Source: Basidiobolus meristosporus CBS 931.73 (taxonomy: Eukaryota > Fungi > Basidiobolomycota). Taken from it: DNA of 64,000 nt. Shown here piece by piece: positions 1-12,250 of this stretch. The stretch lies in contig MCFE01000441.1 in NCBI GenBank assembly GCA_002104905.1, positions 10,243-74,242 on the forward strand, given 5' to 3'. The notes under the pieces were generated by a model. It was not told where the DNA came from and made no database searches. It saw only the letters and a program-made list of their open reading frames with translations. Made by a program: the position numbers and the translations under genes. Numbering within the stretch: the stretch's first letter is position 1; every line of letters begins with the position of its first letter.

Positions 1-427
1 CATAACCTCCAACGACTGGCAATCCTCACCACAGCCCTGGGCCAATCTCCACCAAATGCGGAGGTGATCTACGAAGCGATGCAAGATAAACTGCATCAGC
101 CATATCGTAAACATCTGGTAAGCACACTAGTGCGTACATGTGGCGGGTGAGCATATATTAACGATGGATTGCTAGATTCCCGGCCTTCCCGAGATCATCT
201 CCACCATAACACCATCTTCCCACCCGGGCTTGGTTGGGATCTGTCTGAGCGGAGCTGGCCCTACCATGCTAGCCTTAGCTACACATAACTTTGACAAGAT
301 CGCCGCCGACGCACAGGCAATATTTGCTCGCCAGCCCAACGGTGGCATTGATACCGTCGTCAAAGTGCTCGATATTGTAGAAGGGGGATGCCAATGCCAT
401 GTTGAGCAAGTCGAACTTGAGCTATAG
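1..427 (+). CDS. THR1: Homoserine kinase, 3' part (5' end outside window); intron 118-175
   Basis: Spliced translation reads HNLQRLAILTTALGQ...MQDKLHQPYRKHL|IPGLPEII...GICLSGAGPTMLAL, giving the GHMP-kinase C-terminal motifs of Thr1; GTAAGC...CTAG intron. Confidence 0.93.
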
Positions 428-1511
428 ACCATTCGTACTAATTATCTCGGTGCAGCATGATATTTCCTCATTCAAGTTTCTAGATAGTCATTGTGTGACA
501 GAAATCCCCTCCTGTTTGGATGACTCATTCTTAGTAAAATAGACTATATATGACTCTACCCATGGAAATTGGCTCATGTGATTAATTTCGAATTGCTTCT
601 TGTTAAACGTATTATCTTGTGAGATCATATTGAAGCTAGCATACCGATCGGTGACTATAAAAGCGTTTGCAAAGGATGGTAACACTAATTGGATATCCAT
701 TCTTCATTTCGTAGTAACCCTCCCCGGTTGCACACAGCCTATTGGTTTCTATGCATTTGGGCTTATCGATCCTATGACCACCAATCATTAGTCACCGTTG
801 GATTCATGCCTGTTAGAAATAAGGTTCATCACACCTGCGATGAATATATCATTATGCTAAAGTGAGTTCATCTAAACCAACTGGTGTGCCTGAAATCTCA
901 AACTGTGGCTTAGCCTCATCTTACGATTGGACCAATCCACCTTGGATTGCACACCTTTGCTGCTACCTGAGATTTGGCCAATAATTGACCAAGTGTCTTA
1001 AACCACACTAGATGTTATAGATAGTAGCAGGTCCACGTCCTAGAGCAATGGGAGCGTGAGGCTTCATAAGTGGTTAAATGTCTCTTCAAATTATGTGGAT
1101 GTAGTTAGAGATAAACAATATCTTGAGAGATTGACTAATCAACCCGTCTTGCAAACGAGAGTATGTTCGACTCGCGGGCAGTTCTTGGCGGCAATCTCCC
1201 TTGAGAGGGGCCAAAAGAAAGGGTAAAGGCTTCCTTGGGCATTAGTGGACCTAAAGAAAGCGGAAACAACCATCTAGTCGCGCTCTAGTGACGTGCGTTA
1301 TCCTATTAAAACATCCAGAACAAATTTACGAAATGCGTGACTGCTAGAATTACCTTATCCAAACAAAAAGATTCCCGGCTATTTTTTCTACTTAGTGCGA
1401 TGATATTTAACCGTCCACGTTTTCCTTTTGCTATCTCATGGTAAAAGTTGACTTCCTTATCGTCCCTCCAAAGATAGCTTCTCAGAATCCAAATCCCCAA
1501 CTATTTGATTA

Positions 1512-4500
1512 ATGAACGAATTCTCCACGTTTGAGCGTTCCCTCTGCGATGCCTGCTTGCTTCTCATTTATTCGGAGAGTCGCGAACCGCTAGAGTTTCT
1601 TGATATTTGCGTGCAGTGTGCTCCAAAGATAGTACCAAAAAACGTCTGGCCCCCCTTGTTGAAAAATATTCAAGCTCCCACCGGAAAGCGGAAGAAAGCC
1701 GCGAAACCCATTTTTTCAAGAAGCGAGCTCGAGTCCGGGGTGTGTGACTGCTGTTCTAAAAACAGCTTGGTCCAGTTTATCGGGGAAATACCGCTTTGCC
1801 ATGAATGTTCCACAACTTTCATAGCTAGCAGCGCTTCATTAAGGTCAGGGCGTCTACCTACCTTTGCGGAGACGAAGGATATAGTCGGTCGTAAAACTGC
1901 TTCCTCAAAGACTATCTGCTATTTCCCCGAGTCTTCTGACACAGACACTGACGAGCAATTATATGAAGAGTGCCTGGAATATAATTATTCGAGGCTATTC
2001 AGGGATATTGCTCAGGAATACCTCGAAGAAAACGGTCGAGATTTTGAGGACTGTTTGATGGCTTGCGGGCTGCTTCCTGTCGTATTCAAAAGTGATAAGG
2101 TGAAGGATGAAGTGGCAGAGACAAGCCTTAACCATGACGATATATTGCCTTCCGATGCGTATCTTGATAAATCGGGATCACCATCAATTCCCGAGCATTC
2201 AGATCTGGCGGTTGGTTCTCAGTGTACAGCAATGGCGACTACCACCGATGAGCTAACTGTTGAAGAAAATTGTCCAGAGGAGACCGATCCGCGTTCTCCC
2301 ATGAATGTTGCGGAGAATAGACCAGAAAACGATAGTGAGAGTTACCTGGATGACGGATTGGTAAACTTTGTGAAGATAGAAGAGGGCGCACCAAGTTTTG
2401 AGGGGCAAATTCAAAGTGAGGCCTTCATAGATTCAGAAGAGTTGCCTGCCATAGCGAAACCGAGCACTCCCTCTTTGCAAGATAATCACGAGCATACTTA
2501 TGTCGGTGCTGTGGATATATCTGAGCTTCCTGAAGGCGTAATCTCAGTGGAACCAGGGCCAATTCCAACAGAGCCTGCGGTACCTTTGAAAGTAGAGAGT
2601 CCCAGACCTTTAGCATTGGAGCCAGCCGATCTCCATTGTAATTCATGGACACAATGTGATGCAACGGATACTGAGAATAAACCATTCCACACTACACCCT
2701 CAACTAGTGTTCAAGTAACCCCGCGAAAACGAGGCAGGCCGAGGAAACATCCGATCATCGAGCAAAACACACCTCTTACCACCGGGGTATCAACAAAAAC
2801 TGCCGATTCTGTGAGTGGCAACAAGGAACCACTAGACAACGATTCAACACTACCCACTCCACGAAAAAGAGGGAGGCCAAGAAAATATCCCGTCGCGGAA
2901 AATCCTGTCCCTAAAAGACCACGAGGGAGACCAAGGAAGTATCCTTGCGGCGATAGTTCCAATCCACGCGTATCATTGGACATCACCGCAGGTGGCTCAG
3001 CAAAACAACCAGTGCCAAGAGAGCGTCCACAGGTGGCATCAGCTCAACATCCCCTTCCAAGTTCTCAAAGCAAGGCCACAGCTAGTTGTTTCTTGACAAG
3101 AGGAACAACCAGCAAAATATCGAAACTGGTTGAGAATGAGCTCGACGTGCATCGTTTCGAGAAACATCGCAGGGTCAAAGTGCTATACAATGACGGCATC
3201 TGGTATATCGGTAGAATGATGGAAATAAGCCATGGTAAAATCCGCATACATTACGATGACTGGGATGAAACTCATGATGAATGGATCGACTCTCACAGCA
3301 AACGGATCTATATTTTTACTAGCGAAGAGGATGAAGGGCCTGTGAGCCGCAGACAAAAGCGATTGGCAATCCAGAGTGTGGTCAAGCTTGAAGACATGAA
3401 TGAGCTGGCTTCCCTGGTAAAGCAGGAGCCCATCATTCCAGAAATTCGTAACTACGAATCAACCGGCGCAGATCAAGGGATAGTCGAATATATTGAGGAA
3501 AGAACTAGAGAGAGATCAACCATCTCTGTCTCCGCGTCCAGTGTTGATGAGTCGTCTCCTCTTCCCGAAGAGCAGCTTGAGGAAGCAAGTGAAAAATACA
3601 ATGCACCAGGCTCAATAATGCTATACGAGGAGCACAGATCGATCAGTCAAGACATAAATGAGCCAAACTTCATAGACGCGTGGAGAGACTCTGCGGTAAG
3701 CGAACAGGATATGTCGAAGCAGAAAGTCCCGGGAATCGCCGATCTTTCTCGTGGGTACAACCTCCGGAGCTCAATGAACCTGGATACAGAATCGACTGTA
3801 GATAGCCCAGAGAGCGCTACCGCAAAAGAGTCCAAAAAACGCCGTACCTCTCACAATATATTTAAGGACCGGTTCAAAGTTGGATCAACTCTTGAGGTCA
3901 GAGATCGTCTGAAGGAATGGTGTACTGGGGTGGTTATGGCAATCAAAGGATACCGTGTACTGATCCATTACGAAGGTTGGCCAAGCACACACGATGAGTG
4001 GATTGAAATAAACAGCAAACGTTTGAAGCCCAACACTGTGATCGAGAAACAGGAGAAATTCGAGGAGAAGGAGTTGGATCGCTTGGTTGAGGAGCAAATT
4101 GCCGACATCGAAAAGAGGGTAATTATCCGAAGGAAGAAACCAGATCAGAAAGAGGAGCCTGTTCTGATGGCTGAATATTTCGACGAATCAAACATCGTTG
4201 AGGGAGTTGGTGAGTACCCATTGGTATGGCATACTTGGTTACATTATTGAGCATTATCATTAGAAAGCGAGAAATGGAAGGTCTACTGCAACCAGTGCAA
4301 GGTAGTAATCAAACAGATAAGGTAATGCCCAGATCTAGTTGACCTCTGTCCAGACTCTGATTAACCCTCCTACTAGATATTACTGCACCTACTGCGAAAA
4401 TCCATCCGAAGGTTACGACTACGAAAGCTTTGACCTATGTTTATGGTAAATAGTGAGGTTGACTCCCTCCCCCGTAGGCCATTGACCAATTTTCTGCATA

Positions 4501-7500
4501 GGTGCTTTTCACGAAAATTCCCAAGGAAACACCAACACCCGCGCTCCTCGTTCGCTGTGGAATACATCATGGAAGATGCCAACATCGAGCTGGCTCCCAT
4601 CATCGGGGAGCTGGTAACGAAGTACGAAAAGGATATCTTTGATGAAAGCTACACGGAGATAGATGGGAAACCCTACATGCAAGCAGTCTGTTGTGAGGAA
4701 GATAGGAGTCATATTTCCTTATTGAAATGGAAAAAACGAAAGATCTGCGCCTTCTGTAACGACGAAGACCCAAACATACTGGGGGGTTTCATTGGCCCTA
4801 AACCTTTTGTATACATCAAGGTAACCAACGAGGGAAACAAGAAGAGAAAGAGCTTCTGGACCCATGATGCGTGTGCTCGATATTCACCTGAGGTGGTTCA
4901 GACCAAAGAAGGGGATTGGTATAATGTCAGCATGGCATTAAACAGAGGAAGAAAGATGGTTCGTACGGAATTGTAACCAAGTGCTACACTGAACGGCTTT
5001 CTAACAGGCTCAATAGAGGTGTGCAGTTTGCAAAGAGAAAGGAGCCACCATCGGGTGTTTCGAAGCCAAATGTCCAAAGAGCTATCATATTCTGTGTACC
5101 AAAAAGCCCATGCCACACTTCGAAAAAGGGGTGATATTCTGGTGCCCTCAGCACGAGTCAATAAGAAGCAAAAAAGGTAATAAGTAATGAACGTCCTAAA
5201 CCACTGCGTCACCCTCTTAAACGCTGCCTACTTGCTAGAAAAATACAACGACGTATTCAGCTGCGATGTATGTAATCGAAGCTTTCAAGATGACAGCTGG
5301 TTCACATGCATTCCTTGCAGTGACGACTACTTTTCATCCTACGATCTGTGTACCGAGGTAATTGACTTTGTCGGAGCGCATGAAGGAATATCTGTTAAGG
5401 CATTTGTAGTGTTATGAACAAGGTTTTCCCCAATCACACCCGCATCTACCGGTAGATTTCAAGAAAACTTGTAAGGAGATCAACAACTTGTCGTCACACT
5501 GTAGGCTAATCATATCCTTCTAGGCTTGAACGACATACTCGAGGCCCAGGCCATTGAGGATATCACGAAAGGAAAGAATGAGAAATCATGTTTGTACCTT
5601 ACAGTTGGAGAAGCTTTATCCAACCATTCGCCTAACATCCTGTCCATAGCACGGAAAAAGAACTTCACTCCCAAGCACTTGCGTCGCGGGGATAAGATAT
5701 GCTCCTATTGTTCATCTACAACTTCATCCGTTTGGAGAAAGGGTTCGATTTGGTTTTATTCTCATTGTGCTCTACGTTTCTGGGACTCAACTCAGTTTCC
5801 GGATAGGCTTTAACGGGGTGCTGATGTGCGGAAATTGCTTTCAATTATCCCATGTACAGAACAACCATATTAAATCCGAAGCCGGGGCTATCTCTGTGGA
5901 AGAATACACCAGCCAGCTGTGCAACTACGAGGAGTGCGTTGATGACTACACTCACAATCCATATTTAACCAGAATCGCTTGTACGGATACTCTTTTCGAC
6001 AACAACATCAAAACCCTATACTTGGATAGTTACGCTCCAACTGAATGCCATCTGTTCTCCCTCACCATCGATAGCACCTACTACGATGTCCCCGGAAGAG
6101 CACCAAGATGTAAACGAGTCTTCATACTTTCACTCAGGTAGCCACTAACGCTCGACACCTGTAGGGGCTACTCACTCTGGCACGGATTATCATGGTTGGT
6201 GGTATTGATTTCGGTTGCTTGGTATCTGTATGTAATTAACCTGGATTCCAGGAACCTGGTTGCCTCAGAGCGTCAGAAGGTAGTCTACGCAATCCCTTTC
6301 TCATGCCATAGGACAGACTGTAACGTCAGCAGAGCATTGCAGAAGTACACGCGGCCCAATGAACGGATTCTATCGAACTTTCTTGGACGAGGTACTGGGC
6401 CACAACATTAAATATTTGGAGAGGTTATCAGGCTTAACAAGAAATTAGGGACCGACGCCATCGAGAGTTTTTTACTCGCAAGAAAGTATGCTACCATAAA
6501 CTTATCGTCATTCGCTGGCCTGAGCTAACATTAGATACGTGGTAGATGCATCGGACTAGATATCAATCCAGTAAGTGGACATGTTGTTCTGGTGCTGCGC
6601 TGCCGATACTCAATGATTTCTAGGCTGCCGTAGCACTCTCAAGAAGAAATTGCTCGTTCGCCATTCCTCCCGATCTTGGGATCACCGCCGAGCATCGACC
6701 CACTGTTATGCAGGGCGACTCCCGATATCTAGTTGGGCCGCTCTTTGAAGATGAGTCGTTTGATCACGTGCTTTCCCACCCACCATATAAAGATTGTGTA
6801 GCATATTCTACTCACATAGAGGGGGACTTGTCTAGGTTCGCCTATTCTGAAGATTTCTTGATAGAATACAGCAAAGTCGTGGATGAGACTTGGAGGTGAG
6901 CACTGAGTGACCTGATTGTGCCAGCATACTCAACCTCGTTCAACAGGGTCCTAAAGATGGGTCGTCGCTGTACTTTGGGAATAGGCGACAACAGAGAGCA
7001 TTGCTTCTACATTCCAGTAGGATTTCGAATGATAAGCAAGTACATTGAGCGTGGCTTTGAATTGGAAGAATTGGTAACCGTACGACAAAAAGTTCCTCTT
7101 ATCTCTCTTCACTGAAGCATGATCTGTTAGATTGTCAAACGACAACGATATTGTTCCGCTTTTGGGTTAGGCACCTATCTCTGCGTCCAGTATGATTTCC
7201 TGATATTTACCCATGAGTTTTTGGTAACCTTACGGAAAATAGACCCTGAGAAAGTGCACACGCCAGCTGCATCAGGTTTAAGACGAGTTGGTGTATCCGT
7301 TTCGTGAGTGGTGGCTAATACTCATACTCTTAGATGATCAGGATGGTATTCATGAGATGACCATCACTGAGACTGTTCGTGGCATCCCATATTGCCCCAT
7401 TGCTAGGAAAAGTGTGGTGATGGGGACAGTTTGGACATTTAAGCCATCAGCCGAGTTCTCATTTGTATCACTCTGTACATCCAGGATGGTAGAGAGGTTC

Positions 7501-8398
7501 GGAAAAAATGGGTACAACTGGGAAGAAATCCGGATTGAGTTTGCCAAACAAAACGTGATCCCCCTTTGTTCCTGAGAATTGTCTTTAAGCATCCTAACAA
7601 GAATGTGATCTAGGACCGCCTTCAAGAGAGTCGCATGGTGGAGACACAGAATGGTATTACCATATCGCGTCTTTTGTACAATCTCTTGACTAACCCAATC
7701 TTTTCAGAAATCTACTCGGAAATGGAAATGTCTCCCTACGAGAGGAGTCGTCTACGAAGGATCCAGGAGAACAACCAGAAGTTGCTGGCCTTGGTAAGCC
7801 TTGCTAGTCCTTACCGCATTGTCTACGCTTCTCATTCAAAAGCCGATATTTAGGGGGTTATTTCGGACTTAAGTGAAGAATCTGATGACATTTCACACTG
7901 CGAAAAGTTACAAAATCTTGAACCTCACCCTCCGCCTGCGCCCTTACTTCTGGTTGTTATTCCTCACATACCTAGTACGGTGATCCTTGAAAGCCAGCTA
8001 TCGGAGTATCGAGCAACCATCCTGAGATGTGCTAAACAAGCGGTAGAAAAACTCCCACCATACGGCGATTTGATTGTGGGGGCTCAAGATGTCCGCTTAG
8101 AACAAGACCGGCTGTATCCATTGGGAATCCGCATCATGGAAGATATTACAAACAACGTCCCGGAATTTCGCCTGAAGGAGCTTATCGTGACGGTTCCGGA
8201 CGGATACGCCAAAGATCGTCGTAAACAATGCAATTGGGAGGAATTCGAAGATCAGAAATGCGCCTTGGAAGAGGCAGTGGAACATGTACCAATAGTTCAT
8301 GTAAGTGCATTCAATTGGAATCTATGAAGCATTGTGCTAAATCGCTGGTTGAATAGGCATATTATTTAGTGTTTATGAAAAGACCCGATATAAGTTGA
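1512..8398 (+). CDS. Multi-exon chromatin-reader-fused DNA amino (N6-adenine-type) methyltransferase: 3 AT-hooks, 2 chromo/Tudor barrels, ZZ, extended PHD, ZZ, GATA finger, MTase, KRI motif, degenerate C-terminal MTase-like segment
   Basis: The ORFs at 1512, 4437, 5187, 5526, 5767, 6196, 6708, 6918, 7288, 7635 and 7980 join in frame through GT-AG introns. Motifs: PRKRGRPRK x3; IHYDDWDETHDEWI and IHYEGWPSTHDEWI; CNQC...YYCTYC...DLC; CAFC...THDAC...CAVC...GATIGC; CSYC-x17-CGNC; NFLGRGT (SAM binding); HPPY at 6777-6788; YERSRLRRIQENNQKLLALG. Last exon AYYLVFMKRPDIS ends with TGA at 8396-8398. Confidence 0.88.
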
Positions 8399-8591
8399 AT
8401 TAAGTAAATAAAAGCCAATAAATATTGTCACCATTGAAAATTTTCCACCAATAAACGGAGAATTTCTTTCTGGGGTACCCTGAAGAGGTTTCTAATAAAA
8501 TTGGCCGGAACACCCGGAGTTGCACACTACCCTATCCTCTAATGAACTAGACATCTAGGTAAGCCTTCGAGCAATGTTTCTTATTTCCACT

Positions 8592-8676
8592 TTACATGAT
8601 GCTTAAGAATCGCTACACTGAAACTGACCTGGTCAGTCATGTTGAGTCGCCCTTGTGGCACTTTTTTCCCTGATAC
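8592..8676 (+). ncRNA. Box C/D snoRNA candidate 1 (snR50-type guide), intronic
   Basis: C-like box ATGATG 8596-8601; guide AGAATCGCTAC 8606-8616; D' CTGA 8618-8621; C'-like ATGTTGA; D CTGA 8670-8673; GTAAGC donor at 8559 upstream. Confidence 0.6.
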
Positions 8677-8799
8677 TTCTCATTTATTTCCAAATGACAG
8701 CATTCATCTGGCCAAATCTAACAGCAATTTCTGGATTAGGTACCGTAAGTCATCTGGAGTAATGTATATACTATGGTAGGTAACAGTCGTGTACTTGTG

Positions 8800-8905
8800 G
8801 AGTCGCTGATGATGGTATAAGAATCGCTACACTGAAGTGCATCGATCTGCTTTGTTGGATCGATCCGATGTAGATATTGGCTTTGCCAAAACACTGAGGC
8901 GACTC
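8800..8905 (+). ncRNA. Box C/D snoRNA candidate 2 (snR50-type guide), intronic
   Basis: Perfect 7-bp terminal stem GAGTCGC (8800-8806) / GCGACTC (8899-8905); C box TGATGA 8807-8812; guide AGAATCGCTAC before D' CTGA 8832-8835; D CTGA 8894-8897. The guide is antisense to the LSU rRNA segment GTAGCG(A/G)TTCT. Confidence 0.8.
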
Positions 8906-9012
8906 GTTCTTCATTTCAAGAATCCCATTTCTAACAGTTGAACAACTTCTAGATGAGGCCGATTGTAAATACGTTAAATAAATAAAACCGCCAATTTCTA
9001 AAAATTCCCTGT

Positions 9013-10780
9013 TCAGTTCCATATCTTTATTCTACCATCCCAACCACAACTAGCCACGATATCACCTCGAAGCGGGTGCCAAACCACATCAATGGCTGCT
9101 TCACGATGGGCATTCTTGATGATTTTGAGAGGTCTCGAAGTGCTCCAATCGTAAAAGTAAAGTGAACCGTCGGCCGATCCTGTTGCGACATATTTTCCCT
9201 TTAGGGAGAAGTTGCACTGAATATGATATCCCGACACCTGGTGCCCCTCAAAGCGCTAAGAAGGTCCGTTATATATGGAATCCAGCAAATTCTCCGCCTA
9301 ATTTCATACCTTACGCTGATTCATCTTCCATGGCTTTTCCATGTTGAAGATGGCGATGTAATTTCCATTGGTTTGCGCAACAAAGCAGTGTTGATTCGGG
9401 TGGATGCTCAGGCACGTGCAGGAAAATCCCTCCTGGTATATTTGATTAGAGTGAACGGTCCCCTTGGAAGTATGTGTCAGTCAAGACTCCAACCTCGTGA
9501 AATACCCTTGGTAGATGACTTACCGAATCGTAATCCCAAACAACGATTGATTTATCTGAGGCGTTGCGCAAGACAAAATCCGAGCAAGTCATGAAAAACT
9601 TGGAATCGGGCAGAAACTGCAGATCTTGCACTTGGCCAAAGAATCGCGAATACGTTCGAACAATCCTAGAAACCACACGGTGAATACGTTTCCACATGAC
9701 CTCGATACATATCCTTGTCCTTACTGGTTACTACGAATATCCCAGGCCAGGAGTCCCCCTTTAAACATCCCCGACAAGAAGACGTTCGGATCAGTGGCGT
9801 GAAATCTCGTCGTGGCTATGTATTCTGGGTGATCGTAGGTCTACAAGTTCGGTTATTCGAAAAGATCTAGGATTCGAATGGTCTGAAGAAGCGCGCTGTA
9901 GACTCACTTGAGTTACTGTTCCAGTTGATATATCGGAAAGGGTAACTTTTTTATCAAATCCACCGGAAATTAATCGATGTCCATCATGGTTCCAATGGCA
10001 GTCCTTGACTCCTCCTTGTTGGTTTGAACATTTTCAGGAATAGAGTCTTTAGTGGCTATGCTGAACAACTGTTGTAAATACGCACCCGTATGGTTAATGG
10101 AACAAAGTGCTGATTTTTCGCGGAACGCGTCGTATATCTTAACACTTCCATCCATGGAAGCTGACGCGAGCAAGTGAGCTAAAATCAGTGAGAAGAGTTG
10201 AAAACTCTGTGTAAATCCAATTACGCATCGAGAGTCGGATTAAAAAAAACATACCGTATTGCTCATTCCAACGCAACACGTTTATCCCTTTCGTATGATC
10301 ATCGAATTGAAGTATAGTTCGAGAGGGTATTCGCTCAGCAGAAGAGTTGGAATGTAGTTCTTCCGGCAGTTCGAGTATCCTTTTGGAAGTAAACATTTCT
10401 GCCGAGATGAAGTCAATTCAACCACTGATTCCATCGTTGGAGTGAGAATCTTAGAATAAGCTACCACTAACTAGCATCTCTATCCTAGTGCTCTGCCTTG
10501 CGCTACCCTCGTCAGCGGAGGATTGCCTTTTCCTTTTGGAAACATAAGGTCTGCTAGCTTTGAGATTACATTTCAACCGTTTCACAGGAAAATTTTCACC
10601 GGTTACATGCTGCAAGTTGACAGCCAAGAATAGATTAGAACAAAATCCCGATTGTCACTAAGCTACCAAGAGGAAAGTTACATCCGTAGCCTTCTCTAGT
10701 TTCGGGGGAATATTTGGCTCGATCTCTACTTCGTCAACCGTTTCTGAATCACTGGAGGAATACACAACGAGTGAATCCAT
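9013..10780 (-). CDS. WD40-repeat protein, WDR25-like, multi-exon
   Basis: Starts MDSLVVYSSSDSE; WD repeats HTKGINVLRW, LASASMDGSVKIYD, DKSIVVWD, VATGSADGSLYFYDW, VASCGWDGRIKIWN*. Confidence 0.8.
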
Positions 10781-12250
10781 CAAATACTGGATGTATGTGT
10801 GGGGATATAGAGTCGGGGGAATATCAATATGCTCAAGGTAAGCGAGAGTTAGAATTCCACAATGATATATTCCGAAATAGGAGTTCAGTTGCAGAAAAAA
10901 GTGACAAGTATCCACGGGATATTCAAGTTCATTCAATCAGAGTGTATCTTGGGAAAGAACATCAAGCAATGGATAAAAATAAGGATAAAAATGTGAATTC
11001 CATCTCATCTGATCACCTAACCACAAACATGTCCAATTGCTAACACAAGTCGACAATTTGAGGCGAAATAGACTCCTAATCAGTGGTTTACCCCTAGTGC
11101 TAGCTTTCCCTATTATTACTTGTTTTGATGTTTAAGAAACGATCATCTTTAGTCAGCATCCCCCACTCCCCAGTTCAAGATCACTTGCATGCTGGTTTGT
11201 TTGGTTGGGTTTGAATACAGCGGCAATGGTTCTATTGGTGAGCTTAAAGAAGTGGACTATATGGAGTCAGCCTTAGTTTTACTACAATCTCGATACTTCA
11301 AATAAAAGGATTAAAATTAACTCTGCCTCTGTCAGCCATGGTGATGAAGGCCAGAAATATGAACAAATTGGATTGGTACGCTCAGGAGAAGCAATAAAAT
11401 TCCAAATTCGAAAATTTGATACTGTGCGAATGGTGTTTGTTATCAGCGTGCTCCATCCGTGAGATTTCTTGTTTGCGTAGCCTCGCCACATGTTCCCGTG
11501 TTTAAGGGGATCGGTTCAGCGACAACCACTACAAGACATGAGCAAAGGGATATTAATTTGTTATGGTATACAGTTCAACTGATCGAGTGATTCTGTATCA
11601 AGGAGACTTTACAGCCACTGTTGACTTTGAGAAGCGATGTAGCTAGCCTGAATCCAAACAACCTCTTGCTAACCTATGAATGATTGGTTGGGTTCTGGAG
11701 TAATTAAACATAGAATTTTCTTTACAAATAAGATTCCGCTACCGAATGGCCGAATCTAGAGCACATTTTTATATAGACAGGCAGTCCAAGGGAGAAGTGG
11801 AAAGTTTAAGGGTCGTGGATACCAAAAGTGGCGCATCTCATTAGTTATAGCAAATGGAGTCAAGTTGAAATCCAAAAGAGCTAAATCTACGAGAGTTCTA
11901 GAGAAGCAGCGTTCTACTGAATCTAGACTGGTATTAGGGAAAGTGCCATATCCACACGCTCAGTGCTGGAAATCGGTATTTTTACGCACAATTAATTTCA
12001 CGTCGTGACTGGAACTATTTTTGTGACCATCATGATTCTACTCAAAATAGCCTAGTTTCAGATTTGATGAAATCATCGTCTCCTCAAATACTAAGTATTA
12101 CCATAGCGATCATTTCTATTTGACGATTGGCCAAGTCGGCCAAGAAAAGTAACCTGTGTAGACATATAAATACCCTGCCTCTCCTCCGGGTAGTCCAAGT
12201 TTATCTATTCATCCTTGCCCTTGGTATTTGCCCTATCGATTCATCCACCC

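Noticed and set aside
488-1500. Short ORFs between THR1 and the methyltransferase gene
   Set aside because: No motifs or coding-like composition; treated as intergenic.
10830-11700. Cluster of plus-strand splice-like signals suggesting a micro-exon gene or a non-coding host
   Set aside because: I could not assemble a consistent frame or find convincing C/D or H/ACA boxes; RNA-seq is needed.
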